Below are positions 24,158-36,045 of a stretch of DNA of 64,000 nt, piece after piece. The number at the start of each line of letters is the position of its first letter. Positions within the stretch are counted from its first letter, which is position 1. Origin of the DNA: Antedon mediterranea (taxonomy: Eukaryota > Animalia > Echinodermata); the NCBI RefSeq assembly GCF_964355755.1, contig NC_092673.1, positions 12,310,948-12,374,947 of the forward strand. The letters are read 5' to 3'. Below the pieces are notes generated by a model. That model made no database searches, had not been told where the DNA came from, and saw nothing but the letters and a program-made list of their open reading frames with translations. Both the position numbers and the translations under genes were made by a program.

Positions 24158-26020
24158 TTGAAACTTAATGTTTACGAACTGCTAAAACGTAATCCAACAC
24201 AAAACTATAAACGAAAAGTGGTCAACATCATAGGCAGGTTGTTCAAAGAAAAGAAAATCAACTACAGAGAGAAAGAATGGCTGTTTCCCACGGCTGAAAT
24301 TGTACCTAGGTTGTATTGTCTTCGGAAGATACATAAACCAAATTGGCCATTAAGACCTATAGTAGATAACATCAACACCGTTTTTTACACCGTTGCACAA
24401 TTCCTCACCAAAATCCTGGGTCCGCTTGTCGGAAACACAGAACATCATGTAACTTACTCAGGAGAGTTGGCGAGTGAACTAAAAGAAATAATAGTCAAAC
24501 CAAGTGAAACATTTGTCTCGTTTGACGTAGTATCTCTGTTTACAAAAACACCAGTAGAAGAGGCCCTCAAAGTTGTCGAAAATCGCCTAACAACAGATCC
24601 GACACTTCTGGATAGAACTAAACTACATGTGACAGACATAATGGAGCTCCTCGGTTTAATTGTGAACAAAACCTATATCTCGTTCAATGGTAACATTTAT
24701 AGGCAAATACAAGGCATTGCTATGGGAAGCCCAATAAGTCCTATATTGGCGAACTTGTATCTAGAGTGGCTCGAACATCAAGCCATAAACACGGCACCCA
24801 CTAACATCAAGCCTGTGTATTGGAAACGATACGTTGATGATGTATTAGCTATCATCCCCATAGGTACAGTACATACATTTAACACACATCTTAATAACAT
24901 CGATATAACTGACAATATCAAGTTCACCACAGAATCGATGACAAACAACACAATACCTTTCCTGGACATGCTCATCACACTCAATGACAATGGAACAGTT
25001 ACCACCTCAGTCTATCGGAAGCCCACTCACACAGACCAATATTTACATTTCAACTCACATCATCCACTCGAACACAAACTGGGGCTTATAAACACGCTTG
25101 TGGACAGAGCTGAGAAGGTAGTGGGAGATATGGATTTGAGGAAAGTTGAGATGGATAACATCAAGAAAGCGTTACACAACTGCCAGTATCCAGAGTGGTC
25201 CTTCCAGAGAGTTATGGAAAACCGAAAAAGAAAAAAGAACAAAGGACACGAACCACAGAAGGAAAAGATCAAGATGCGAGGTAGCATAGGAATCCCCTAT
25301 GTAAAAGGAATGGCAGAAAGAATACGACGCACTCTCTCCTGTCACAATGTCGGAACCTATTTCCTACCCCAAAATAAAATCAAGAATAGCCTCGTCCACC
25401 CAAAAGACAAAATCGAGAAGATGGATACATGTGGAGTAATCTACGAAGTCACCTGCCGCAACTGTCCACAAGTTTACATTGGGGAAACAGGGAGGGCATT
25501 ACAAACACGAATTAATGATCACAAAAAAGATGTTACAACAAACACGGGGGGAGTAATGACTAGGGCCTCCAGAACATCCACATCTTCGATCATACACAAA
25601 TCTGCGATTACAGAACATGTCATAAAACACAATCATGTACCGAACTGGGAGGCTACCATCTTAACCAAAGAGCCTAAACGCAAAGACAGACAGATTAGAG
25701 AATCATTACATATAAGGAGAAATAAGGAGAAGACCATGAACCGGGACACTGGAGCCCACAAACTCTCGCATTTGTACAATGATTTGATAGACACATCACC
25801 TGGCCGAGCCCCGCACAACCTCCAACCTACAACCGGAGGCGTACGACGTCATCAACAGATGACGTCAAGAATGACCAAGCTGCATTAACACTCCGCAGTC
25901 AGTTGAGAAGGATCTCTGATAGAGATCGAAACGTTCGAGTAAGTACTCCGTTAACTTGTCCTTTTCAAAAACGAAATTTGTCATCTATACAAAATCGAAG
26001 CTAAATGAAATTCTTTCAAG
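24158..26020 (+). mobile_element. Penelope-like retroelement (Penelope/Poseidon type), 5'-truncated, with an uninterrupted RT + GIY-YIG ORF (24158-25888)
   Basis: PRLYCLRKIHKPNWPLRPIV, SFDVVSLFT, QIQGIAMGSPISP, WKRYVDD, IPFLD, VYRKPTHTDQYLHFNSHHP, and GIY-YIG GVIYEVTCRNCPQVYIGETGR..SAITEH..RESLHI..MNRD. No stops over 576 codons. Confidence 0.95.
25890..25950 (+). ncRNA. Putative minimal hammerhead ribozyme motif in the PLE 3' pseudo-LTR
   Basis: TTGAGAA(G)-GATCTCT-gat-AGAGATC-GAAAC-GTT: a variant core (U3/A8), a perfect 7-bp stem II, GAAA, and a palindromic ACGT stem III. Stem I is weak. Confidence 0.55.
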
Positions 26021-26847
26021 ATTAAATTTAGGTAGTCAATTCAATGGAATAATTTTACCGATCTGATAGTCGAGTATGTTCCTAATGTCCAAAAGTAGTA
26101 ATTCCCAGTGGTTTTCTTTGTTTTCGGCGCTCCATTTTACATTGTGGTCTATTGCACTGATCTGTGTTGTGTCATTCCCTCATACGGAGCGTGTTTTTTG
26201 TTTCCCCGACGTACTGTTTACCACAAATATTACAGTATATGAGATAGGCCTAAATGACGTTTTTGGTTAGACATTTGATTGTCTTATCCGAAAAATGCGG
26301 TCAGTTACTCTTAAATTTTTCAATAGAGTCAACAAATGAACAAATTTGCCGCAAAGGTGACTGTCATGAGAGTTAATTTCACTCTTAAATTTGGATCTTA
26401 CTAATATATCACGGAGGTTTGGAGGTCTACGAAATGCAATATAGACCGGCAGCCCAGAGACATTTGGTTAGATGAGCTAGGTACCAATATCTGACTATTT
26501 AAGTGTGTTGGGGTCACTTGAAGTCAATGAAAATGGGAGTCTGCCGGGTACCCTCTGCTGCGTCTAGACCCAGGGGACCCCGAAAGGTGCTAAAAATTGA
26601 CCCAGGTTAGATGAGAGAGATACCACCTAATTTTACCACCATGGGATGCCCATTGGCATCCTTATACCAGTATCACAAACGACAGAATGACTTTTTGTCT
26701 GCTGCAATAGGCCCGCCAGACCCCCGAGGGAGGGCCTAAAATGGGGATAGCATAGATGAGTGAGGTACCACTCAAAATTAATGCCAAATGAACAAGTTGT
26801 GTTCATTATACAACACTAAATGGATAACAACAGACTAATTGTCTGCT

Positions 26848-27005
26848 GCAGTGTGTGTACACTGGGCCTACGGTTATAGTCCTTATCCGAGAAGACTCGT
26901 TCTACCACCAGAACAACCATGGAGTGAGTGAGCCTCGAACCCCTGCCGATGTTATGGCTACGTAATTACGGTTCCACTGTCTTAACCGCTCGGCCACTCA
27001 CTCAC
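26848..27005 (-). mobile_element. tRNA-derived SINE (5' head plus start of the Deu-like core)
   Basis: The - strand reads AGTGGCCGAGCGGTTAAG (A box)...GGTTCGAGGC (B box)...CTCGGATAAGGACTATAACCGTAGGCCC. Same family as 14350, 34090-34290 and 62375-62500. Confidence 0.75.
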
Positions 27006-27134
27006 TCTGTAAGGTATTAGATGTAATATCAATACCATAATCTACTTATATAAGGTGGCTGCCCCTTTATTATTGTTACATTAGTTTTACATTATATATT
27101 TAGTTATTTCGTCATTTAATAATAAATGACATTT

Positions 27135-29895
27135 TCCATCCATTTCGGTGTTTTGTTTCCTTTGTTTTGTCTTGGACTTTGTTGACACAAATTCATTTCT
27201 TAAACGGCCCACAACCCGTAAAACTGTAAGAAAAAGTCGAAACCTAAAACAAATTGATTTTGAGAAATTCAAAAATGACATTCAAGCTTGTGTGTCTAAT
27301 ATAACCGATGTAAGTGTGATTCTTGAAGATAGTGTAGAAAACTGTTCTCATCTCAGAGCTGTACTTGATTTACATGCGCCAGTTCAGAAAAAAACAATTA
27401 GGCAAAAGGAAGCTACACCGTGGTATGCAGATGAAATTCGATCTGAAAGGAAATTACGTCGTCAACTTGAACGTAAGTGGATGAAATCAAAGCTTCTTAA
27501 GGATAGACAGGAATACTGTGACCAAAGATGTATTGTAAATGGACTGATTGAAAAGGCCAAGACGCGGTATTACTCAAAAGAAACTTTTCGATTTAGTAAA
27601 TAAACTTTTACATCGTTCCAAGTCATCAGTCCTTCCTTCGTCTGTCTCAGATGAAGCTCTTGCTGAAAGATTTTCTGTATTTTTTATAAATAAAATTAAA
27701 TCAATTCGTGATTCACTAGAAAATGAAAATACTGCAGAAGTTACAACTGCTTCTGATAAATGTATAAATATAAATAAATCTTATGATTTAACTAGGTCCA
27801 TACAGTTTTCTCAGTTCGAACCTGCCAGTGAGGAGGAAATTTTAAATATTGTCAAAAATTCTCCCTCAAAATCGTATGCACTTGACCCGGTACCAACTTC
27901 ACTGACAAAGAAATGTACTTCTGCATTTATTCAATTAATCACACATATTGTAAATAAGTCTCTTGAAAGGGGTTCTTTCCCAGAGTCTCTTAAAGTCACT
28001 CATGTTCGACCCACATTGAAAAAAACAGGTCTAGATCCCGAGATTCTGAAAAAAATCAGATCTATCTCAAATCTTAGTTTTTTAGGAAAAATAATTGAGA
28101 AGGTTGTTTCTAAACGGATATTGTCGCATGTAAAAAACCATAGTCTACTTGATCCGTATCAATCTGCCTACAAAGTGCATCATAGTAATGAAACTGCATT
28201 ACTTCGTGTAAATAACGATATCCTACGTGCAATGGATGATGGAAAGCTAACTGCTCTAGTATTATTAGACTTAAGTGCAGCATTTGATACGGTTGACCAT
28301 TCCGTGTTGTTAAATAGACTCAATACGTATATTGGTATTGAAGGAAAAGCACTTGATTGGTGTCGGTCATATTTGGAAAAAAGGCCTCAACACGTATGTA
28401 TTGGTGATGCTATCTCAAAAGCTTCTTTTTTAAACTTTTCGGTACCACAAGGATCTGTTCTTGGGCCGCAATGGTTCACAATTTATTTACACCCAATACG
28501 GGATATCATTAGTAAATATGATCTGTACTATCATGTTGACGCTGATGATACTCAGATTGATATTTCTTTTAAACCTACAATGACACATAGTGACATTTCT
28601 TTGGAACTGTATCCATGAATTGCGTGTCTGGATGAAAAACAACTTTCTTAAATTAAATGATGAAAAAACAGAATATATTCTCTTTGGATCAAAGCTGTTG
28701 GAAAAACTGCCACCAAGTTTTATTTACATTGGTGAAACCCAAATAGACCCGGCTAGGCAGGTTAGAAATCTAGGGGTTGAAATGGATGCGGGTATGACTA
28801 TGATTTCTCATATCTCAAAAACTATTTCTACGTCGTCTTTTCACTTACGAAACATCCGAAGGATTCGAAAGTTTATTAATGAGGCAGCAGCTAAACAACT
28901 TGTTCATGATTTTGTCACTTCACGACTGGATATGGGAAACTCATTGCTATATGGGCTACCACAAAAACAACTCCACAGACTTCAGCTGATTCAAAATACA
29001 GCGGCACGAGTTGTTAAAAAACTACCAAGATATGCACACATATCAAATACCTTGGAAACTTTGCATTGGCTTCCTATTAGGTACCGCATTGTTTTTAAAA
29101 TATTACTCTTGTTCATGATTTTGTCACTTCACGACTGGATATGGGAAACTCATTGCTATATGGGCTACCACAAAAACAACTCCACAGACTTCAGCTGATT
29201 CAAAATACAGCGGCACGAGTTGTTAAAAAACTACCAAGATATGCACACATATCAAATACCTTGGAAACTCTTTGTTTTAAAGTCTATTAATGGCATGGCT
29301 CCTGACATGCTTAGGCTGTATGTTCCCAGACGGAATCTGCGTTCTAGTGATACGCTGCTTCTACATCAACCTAAAGCCTGGTTTCCATAAAATCGCTACA
29401 CCGTGTCGCCGACTGCTGTCTCATCATCACTCATGGGGAGACAGAGCTTTCATCGTTACTCCTCCTCGTCTATGGAATGCTCTACCGAGCTCTATCAGAT
29501 TTTGCAAAACTGTTGATACTTTTAAAAAATTATTAAAAACACATTTATTCATTATAGGCATATGGAAATCATGAGGTTTGTTAAAGTTCTAGAATTGTAT
29601 AGTATACTTTTTCCTGACCAGCATTATCTTTGGGGTGCCTCTGTCTTGGTTGTTGTCTCTGAGCACCCGGTCGTCTGTGGCAAGGCAAATGTGTATCCTG
29701 CTCCTTTGTTTGGTCACCTAGGTAGGGGTCCGGGACCGCGACAGAACGAGAACGGATGGGGACCCTCCAAAGAAATTGCATTTTATTTGTCAGGCATTTG
29801 TATGATTTGTTTTTATTTTTTTGAATGCGCCTTGAGCACTTGAGTGGTATGTGCGCTATAAAAGTCTTTTTATTATATGTTATTATGTTATATGT
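27135..29895 (+). mobile_element. L2-clade LINE, 5'-truncated, with frameshifted ORF2 RT
   Basis: ISNLSFLGKIIEKVV, YQSAYKVHHSNETALLRV, LVLLDLSAAFDTVDH, VPQGSVLGP, degenerate YADD (VDADDTQ), LKLNDEKTE, SRLDMGNSLLYGLP, LHWLPI, FKKLLKTHLF. 3' tail GCGCCTTGAG...GCGCTATAAAA followed by TAT/TGT repeats. Confidence 0.92.
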
Positions 29896-30350
29896 TTTTT
29901 TAAAGGGAATGATTTTAGGACTTAAAAAGTCAGATTTAGCGTGGAATGTATTTTCCGGGTGGTCAGTACTGAAGAATCCAATATATAAACAATTCACTAC
30001 ATAAAAACCTTGGACTACGAATATACGAATAAATTGAAAACAATTCTCTGTGACTTCTTTGATATTTTATAGATGACATGAGAGATTTGGAGGAGGAAGA
30101 AGAGGTAACTGAGGAAAGGAAGCGAAGAAAAAGGAAAGGTATGTGGGAATATGTGCTGTTTGTGTTTTAAATGTGGCTAAATATTTTTCAATTTGGCAAA
30201 AGAAACCAAACTTTAGTTAAATCTTTGTCTAGAGTATGAGCGACGCCACTACTACAATAGAGTACATAGAAACGTTGCTAGCAACCCCGTCCTTCATCAG
30301 GCCTGGTTCACTATCTAATATGACTTAGGAATATATGAATAAAAAATTCT

Positions 30351-32733
30351 TGGGACGATAACATTGTTAATTTGAAAAAAAACTTTACAGTTATGGAAAA
30401 AAAGACACTTATCTTTCTTTGGAAAAATAATAATAATTAAAACTCTAGCTATATCTAAGCTCATTTACAATGCTAGTGTAATAAATGTACCAACATATAT
30501 CTTTCCTATTGTTGAAAAGGAAATTTATAATTTTTTATGGAGCGGAAATATGGAAAAAATTAAAAGAACAACACTTATTAATAAAATCAAAGACGGAGGT
30601 CTCAACATGGTTGATTTCAATGCATTAGTGAAGTCTCTAAAACTGAGCTAGGTTAAGCGTTTGCTAAGCCCAGATCCTGGAAAATGGAAATTTATCCCGA
30701 GACATTATGTACCCAATAGAATGTACACTTAAGATTAGTAAAATTAATACTGAAAATCATACAATTTTAAAAGATATGCCAGTGTTCTATCAACAATTAT
30801 TAAAAGCTGTTGTGATTCTAAATAACATATTAAGTACAGAACCACACACTGTAAACGAAATTAAATCTCAACAATTATGGGAAAACAAATATGTAACATT
30901 GAATGGCAAATCAATGTACTTCTGCTGCTGGTTAAATTCTGGTATCAAAACAATCAATGATATAATTGTTGATAATGAACTGATAAAAACAAGGCCAACA
31001 GCCATTAAGTCGCGTGCTACAATGCATAGTGATACCGGACCGACAGACAGACTGACAGACAGACCGACAGACAGACAGACAGACCGACCGACCGACATAG
31101 TGAACTATACTGACCGAAATTACTGAACATGTTTAAAAATTTTGAAATGTTTAAAAACATTTATATTTTTTTAATTTACACGTGGGTAGTCACTTTTGAC
31201 GTGCTCGTATAACGTAATTTCGAGTTGAAAAGTAAGTCAAGAAAACAGAAATTGCCATATGATGATTTATGCCCTGAAATTTATGAGTACCAAATTTTAT
31301 TTAATTGTGATTCATGGTTGTGAAGATATGATTACAAACGTGATTTCGTTAAATCGTGCGTAGACCGCGTAATTTTTTATTGCGCACCGTGAAAACATAA
31401 CCACATTGATTCCTGGCCATAAGGAATATACTGTGAAAAATTGACCTAGCTAGATTAAACTGATATCAAGATAAGGTCAGAAAGCGATAAAACGCATAGT
31501 GATACCGGACCGACAGACCGACCGACCGACATAGTGAACTATAGAGTCGCTTCCACGCGACTAAAAACGGGTTAATTGAATACTTTGCTGTTATCAATGC
31601 CATACCGCATCAATGGAGAACAATTGTTAAGACACCGAATGCTGAAAATTAAATAGATAAAACCTTTGACATGCTTACATTCTATAAACAAAATAAATCA
31701 TCTACGTTTTATAGATATCTTATTAATAGTAAAGTCTCTATCCTAAGATAACAAGTGAAATGGGAACAGGAATTTGGTGTTGATTTAAATTGGTACGCAA
31801 TATGGTGTAATAAAGTTTTAAACACCAAACATATTGAAAAAGTTGCCCAATTCAACTTTAAATTGTTACACAGAATTAAAGCATGTAAGAAAAAAATTAA
31901 AACTATGGAAATTAGCTGATATAGTGATATATGCCAAAAATGTAAAATAGAAGTAGAAAACGAAAAACATATGCTTTATCCATGTAATACAATTCAGTCA
32001 GTCTGGAGAAAGTTCAATTCAATGATCGTTAAGTGAATGAAATAATGAATGATGATTTAATTTCTTTTTTTTTGTTTTTTAATATATAAATCATGTATAA
32101 CATATAAAATAATGTTGAAAAACGAAAATGTACAAAAAAATGATATGGAACCTATACAGAATAGAACTTTTTAATTTAATTAAGAATGAATACGCATGTA
32201 ACATTATCAATGCTAGAAAAAATTTTTTTCAGTAAGCCTTAATGGAAATAAAGTATATTGTCTGTATGTATGCGTATACTATACTTTTAATTTGTGTATA
32301 TACATTTCCATTTTATTACTTTTCCGTTTTTATAGGTTTTTTATGCCCGTATAGGTTTAATGTATTATATTTGTGTACTTTTTTTTATCGTTTTTGGTTT
32401 TAATGTTAATTTTATGCATATGTGTATATATTGTATGGGTACGGTATATATGTGTGTATGTATATATATATTTACTTATATATGTATTTCTATATATATG
32501 CGTGAATGTGTGAATGTATTGATATTATATGTATATACAAATATATAAACTGAAAGACACACAAATTATGATAACAAACGTTTCATAAGTAAACAACTTT
32601 ATATTAAATATGCAATAGATAACAAAAAATATACATACATACATATAGGCCTAATATGAGTTCTGTAATTGTTTTTTATGTAACATTGAATGAATAAAGA
32701 TGGTGGTTAACCACAAAAGATTTAAAAAAAAAA
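30351..32733 (+). mobile_element. 5'-truncated L1/Tx1-group LINE with poly(A) tail and TSD, interrupted by HINE A copy 3
   Basis: LSFFGKIIIIKTLAISKLIY..IYNFLW..KIKR..L...IKDGGLNMVD, EYFAVINAIPHQWR, QFNFKLLHRI and a C-terminal CxxC..H..C zinc knuckle. AATAAA at about 32693 precedes an A-tail. Flanking AAAAAATTCT (30341-30350) and AAAGAATTCT (32731-32740). Confidence 0.85.
30988..31567 (-). mobile_element. HINE family A, copy 3 (internally deleted, chimeric 3' end)
   Basis: Same 5' end (AGTCGCTTCCACGCGACTAAAAA on +) and body as 1871-2588. Inserted into an A-run of the L1 ORF. Confidence 0.85.
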
Positions 32734-33312
32734 GAATTCTCTATGACTTCTTTGATATTTTACAGATGACATGATGGATTCGGAGGAGGAAGGGGAGAAA
32801 ATTGAAAGAGGGAAAAGTTTGAAAAAATATGCGGGAATATTTGTGTTTAAATGTGGCTAAATATTTTTCAATTTAACAAAAAGAAATCAAACCAATAATT
32901 AATGTTGAGTATATAGCGTTTGAGTGACTACAATAGAGTACATAGAAACGTCGGACCCCGTCAATCAAGGTCTTTGTTCTTGATTTCTATTTTTTAAGGA
33001 AATGCAAACACCAGGGAAGAGCTGTAAACACTAAACAAATTAACGCTTAGCTTTATACATGTTTTTTGCTTGAAATGTCCTGAATTTTTGAGAAAATAAT
33101 TATGATGTAGGCCTATTGTTTAAATTGTTACCCTCTTTTAAACTAACATATTTTTCATTGCAAATGAGTAAAGTAACAAAATGCTTTTGGTTACAGGGAG
33201 AATGTACACAAAATGATGAAAGAAACTTAAAGAAACACTTCAATGACATAATAATTGGTACAGCAAATAAGACCATACCTTGTGAGTTATATGTAACAGT
33301 AACATTAAACCG

Positions 33313-33993
33313 TTATTGCCAAGTATGTTAATCTGTTTGTTTGTTTGTTTGTTTGTTTGTCATCACTCTAGCGTTTACAATTTTGATTCCAATAACTCCA
33401 ATTAATGTCGGCTGGTGCAAGGACAACACTGCCCAATTTTAGTGCAAATCCGGACCACGGTTCCAATTCTGTACCACTTTTTAGAATTTTTTTTAGACCT
33501 GCTAATGTTAAGAAATAGGACAGAATTTTCACAAGACGGTGAGCAGTCTTGGAATTGCATTTTCGCGAGAACTACTTGTCCAAAAAACTTCATTTTTGTA
33601 CAAGAGGCAAGAGTTATTATTTGTGATTTGTAATTTTGAAACATAATTAGACTTATTGTACACGGTTTTGATGCGAGTAATTTAAAAAACCTATTTCTTT
33701 TCAATTCTCCCGTTTGATTTTCGCGTTGCTGTTCTATTGTTAGTCAACTGAAGCTATTGTTAATTGAAAGGCTTGTTACATACACCAAACTCGCATACAC
33801 ATGCTTGTAGTGAAATTAGCCTAAATCACACACAGCATTAAGACACACACATATAATTATATATATATAAATCATACTGTAAATTATAGAAACAGTGCTC
33901 ATAATTATATATATACATATTTTCCCGGAAAAATCTTATGTAGGAGAATTTTACAGTAGGCGGAGGTATGCACTCTCGGAGTGGGCTTCTAGT
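33313..33993 (+). mobile_element. HINE family B, 5'-degraded copy with intact 3' end
   Basis: (GTTT)n microsatellite at about 33335-33360. 3' end GGCGGAGGT (subTIR), hairpin CACTC-TCG-GAGTG, then CTTCTAGT. Confidence 0.7.
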
Positions 33994-34089
33994 AGATAAT
34001 TAAATCACTTTAATTTGTGTTTAAATCCCTTTAATTTGTGTACAGTCTTACAGAGCTGTGGACTAGATGTTACACTTTTCAACTGATGC

Positions 34090-34290
34090 TTCTCCCCTAA
34101 GGTTCACATCATGTCTATGCTTACGCATCTGTCCACAACAGTAGCTGTATGAACTCCCCTACTTGTCTTCAAAAGATGTAGCCTACTAGGATCACAAGCA
34201 GTGTGTGTGCACTAGACCTACGATTTATAGTTCTTATGCGAGAAGAATCGTTGGCTATGCATTACGGTTTCACTGTCTTAACCACTTGTT
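34090..34290 (-). mobile_element. Degenerate copy of the Deu-like tRNA SINE
   Basis: CCCCTACTTGTCTTCAAAAGATGTA..TTTATAGTTCTTATGCGAGAAGA..CACTGTCTTAACCACTTG matches the reverse of the 14350 and 26848 copies. Confidence 0.6.
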
Positions 34291-34873
34291 AATAAATTAT
34301 TTAAAATGTTATGCTGCATGAGAGATATCCATGGAAGACCATAAGATCGAAATGAATGAACGAGTAAAAGGAAAAAACTATTAAAGAACAGATGGAGATA
34401 ATGGAGATATCACGAAAATCAATGTATTAACAAGCTATTATCAATTAACAATTCTGATTTAATTATATTATTGATGTATTACAATTTTCTGTAATAATGT
34501 TAATAGTAGGCCTATGCCATTTATGAGCCTGCAATGTAGTAACAATATCCTTAATGGCATAAGATTGGATTATGATTAAATTTTTATAATAATTGCAGTA
34601 TTACAATTGTCTGTATTAATGATAATAGTACGCAATTTATGAAACTGCAATGTATTAACAATCTGCCTAATAGCACAAGATTTGATTGTGATTAAATTAT
34701 TATAGCTTGGGTTTGAAATCCAATCGAAGTCTAAAGTACGTGTTGGGAAGAGAATTAATAGAAATAAATCGTTGGCCAAAAATGTTGTTTAGTTGGTAAA
34801 AGAAAGAGCGTATTCTGTGAATGAATGGAGCAGGCAGTGAATGTTTTTTTTTTTTTCGGTTTTGTTTTTTTGT

Positions 34874-36045
34874 TATTTACCTCCGCCAAGGAGGTATATG
34901 TAGTCGATCGCGTGTTTGTTATATAGCTTTACTTTGTTTGTATGTATATGTATGTTTGTTAGAACGATAGCGCCTACAGTTTTCAAGTTATCATTCTGAA
35001 TGTTTGTGTAGATAGGTTACGTATATACTTTCAGACAATGCATATTGAAAATCAAGAAAATTGGTTTATTAATAACTTCACAAATAACAAAAATGATATA
35101 ATTTTCAGACCGGCTAGTGTTAGAAGATAGGAGAAAATTTTCCAAAGCCGGTGAGCAGTCTTAAAGTAACAAGTAAACAGAAATTGCATTTTCTCGAGAA
35201 CTACTTGTACATTTTTGGACAAGAGGCAAAGGTTGATTTAATGTACGGTCTTTTTATTTTAGGTTAACCTATTTCTTTTAAAATCCACTCGCTTGTTTTT
35301 CGCGTTCCTATTCCATTGTTAGTCAAATGAGACTACTGTTAGTTTTTTTGTCAGTTTTTTTTTTTCATTCTGTGCATAGGTATATACTTCTTACTGTCAG
35401 AAAATGCCTATTGACTTTCAGGAAAATTTATATATTGGTCATGTCACAAAAGCTTATCTTCCCTACAATATATTAAATAGCAAGCATTCTGTCTTCTTTT
35501 AACATGAACATATTCTTTGATATGAACCAAAATATTAGTCGACTCGTCAAGCGGTTAAGCTTACTCTATGGTTAAGACAGGGGCGCCGCAAACCGACTCA
35601 TCTTCAATACACTGCTTAACTCTTAGTCAATCTTGTTTTTAGAAAGGTAATTTTGCAATGACGGAGTTTGTTTGTATCAAAAATTTTAAACAAATTATAA
35701 ACCCTAGTTGGATTTGAACCATGTAAAGCTAATACTTGAAGCCAAACAAATGTATCATTCAACATGCTCCCTATCAGTGGATATATTTTGCCATGTACTT
35801 CACTCAGTTTCTGAGTGCTTTCATTTGCCTGTTTGCAGGATTACTCAAAAAGTAATTACAAGATCTTTACGAAAATGAAAATACATAGAGATATTTGATC
35901 AAGGACCACTCCATTAAATTTTGGAGGCAATCCGGACCACGGTTTAGTATAATTTTCAGACCTCCTTGTGTTAAAAAATAGCAAAGAATTTTCAAAAGCC
36001 GGCGAGCAGTCTTAAAGTAACAAGTAACCTAAAATTGCATTATCT
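34874..36045 (+). mobile_element. HINE family B copy with intact 5' end and internal repeats
   Basis: TTTACCTCCGCCAAGGAGGT (subTIR plus IR), then a GTTT/GTAT microsatellite. Shares GCCGGTGAGCAGTCTT..AATTGCATTTTC..GAGAACTACTTG blocks with 33500-33760. No 3' end found. Confidence 0.6.

Noticed and set aside
24454-25818. Minus-strand ORFs within the Penelope ORF
   Set aside because: Shadow ORFs of the real + strand frame.
30265-30305. Second hammerhead motif (reverse-strand CTGATGAAG)
   Set aside because: No stem II followed by GAAA in the correct arrangement. At best a decayed remnant.
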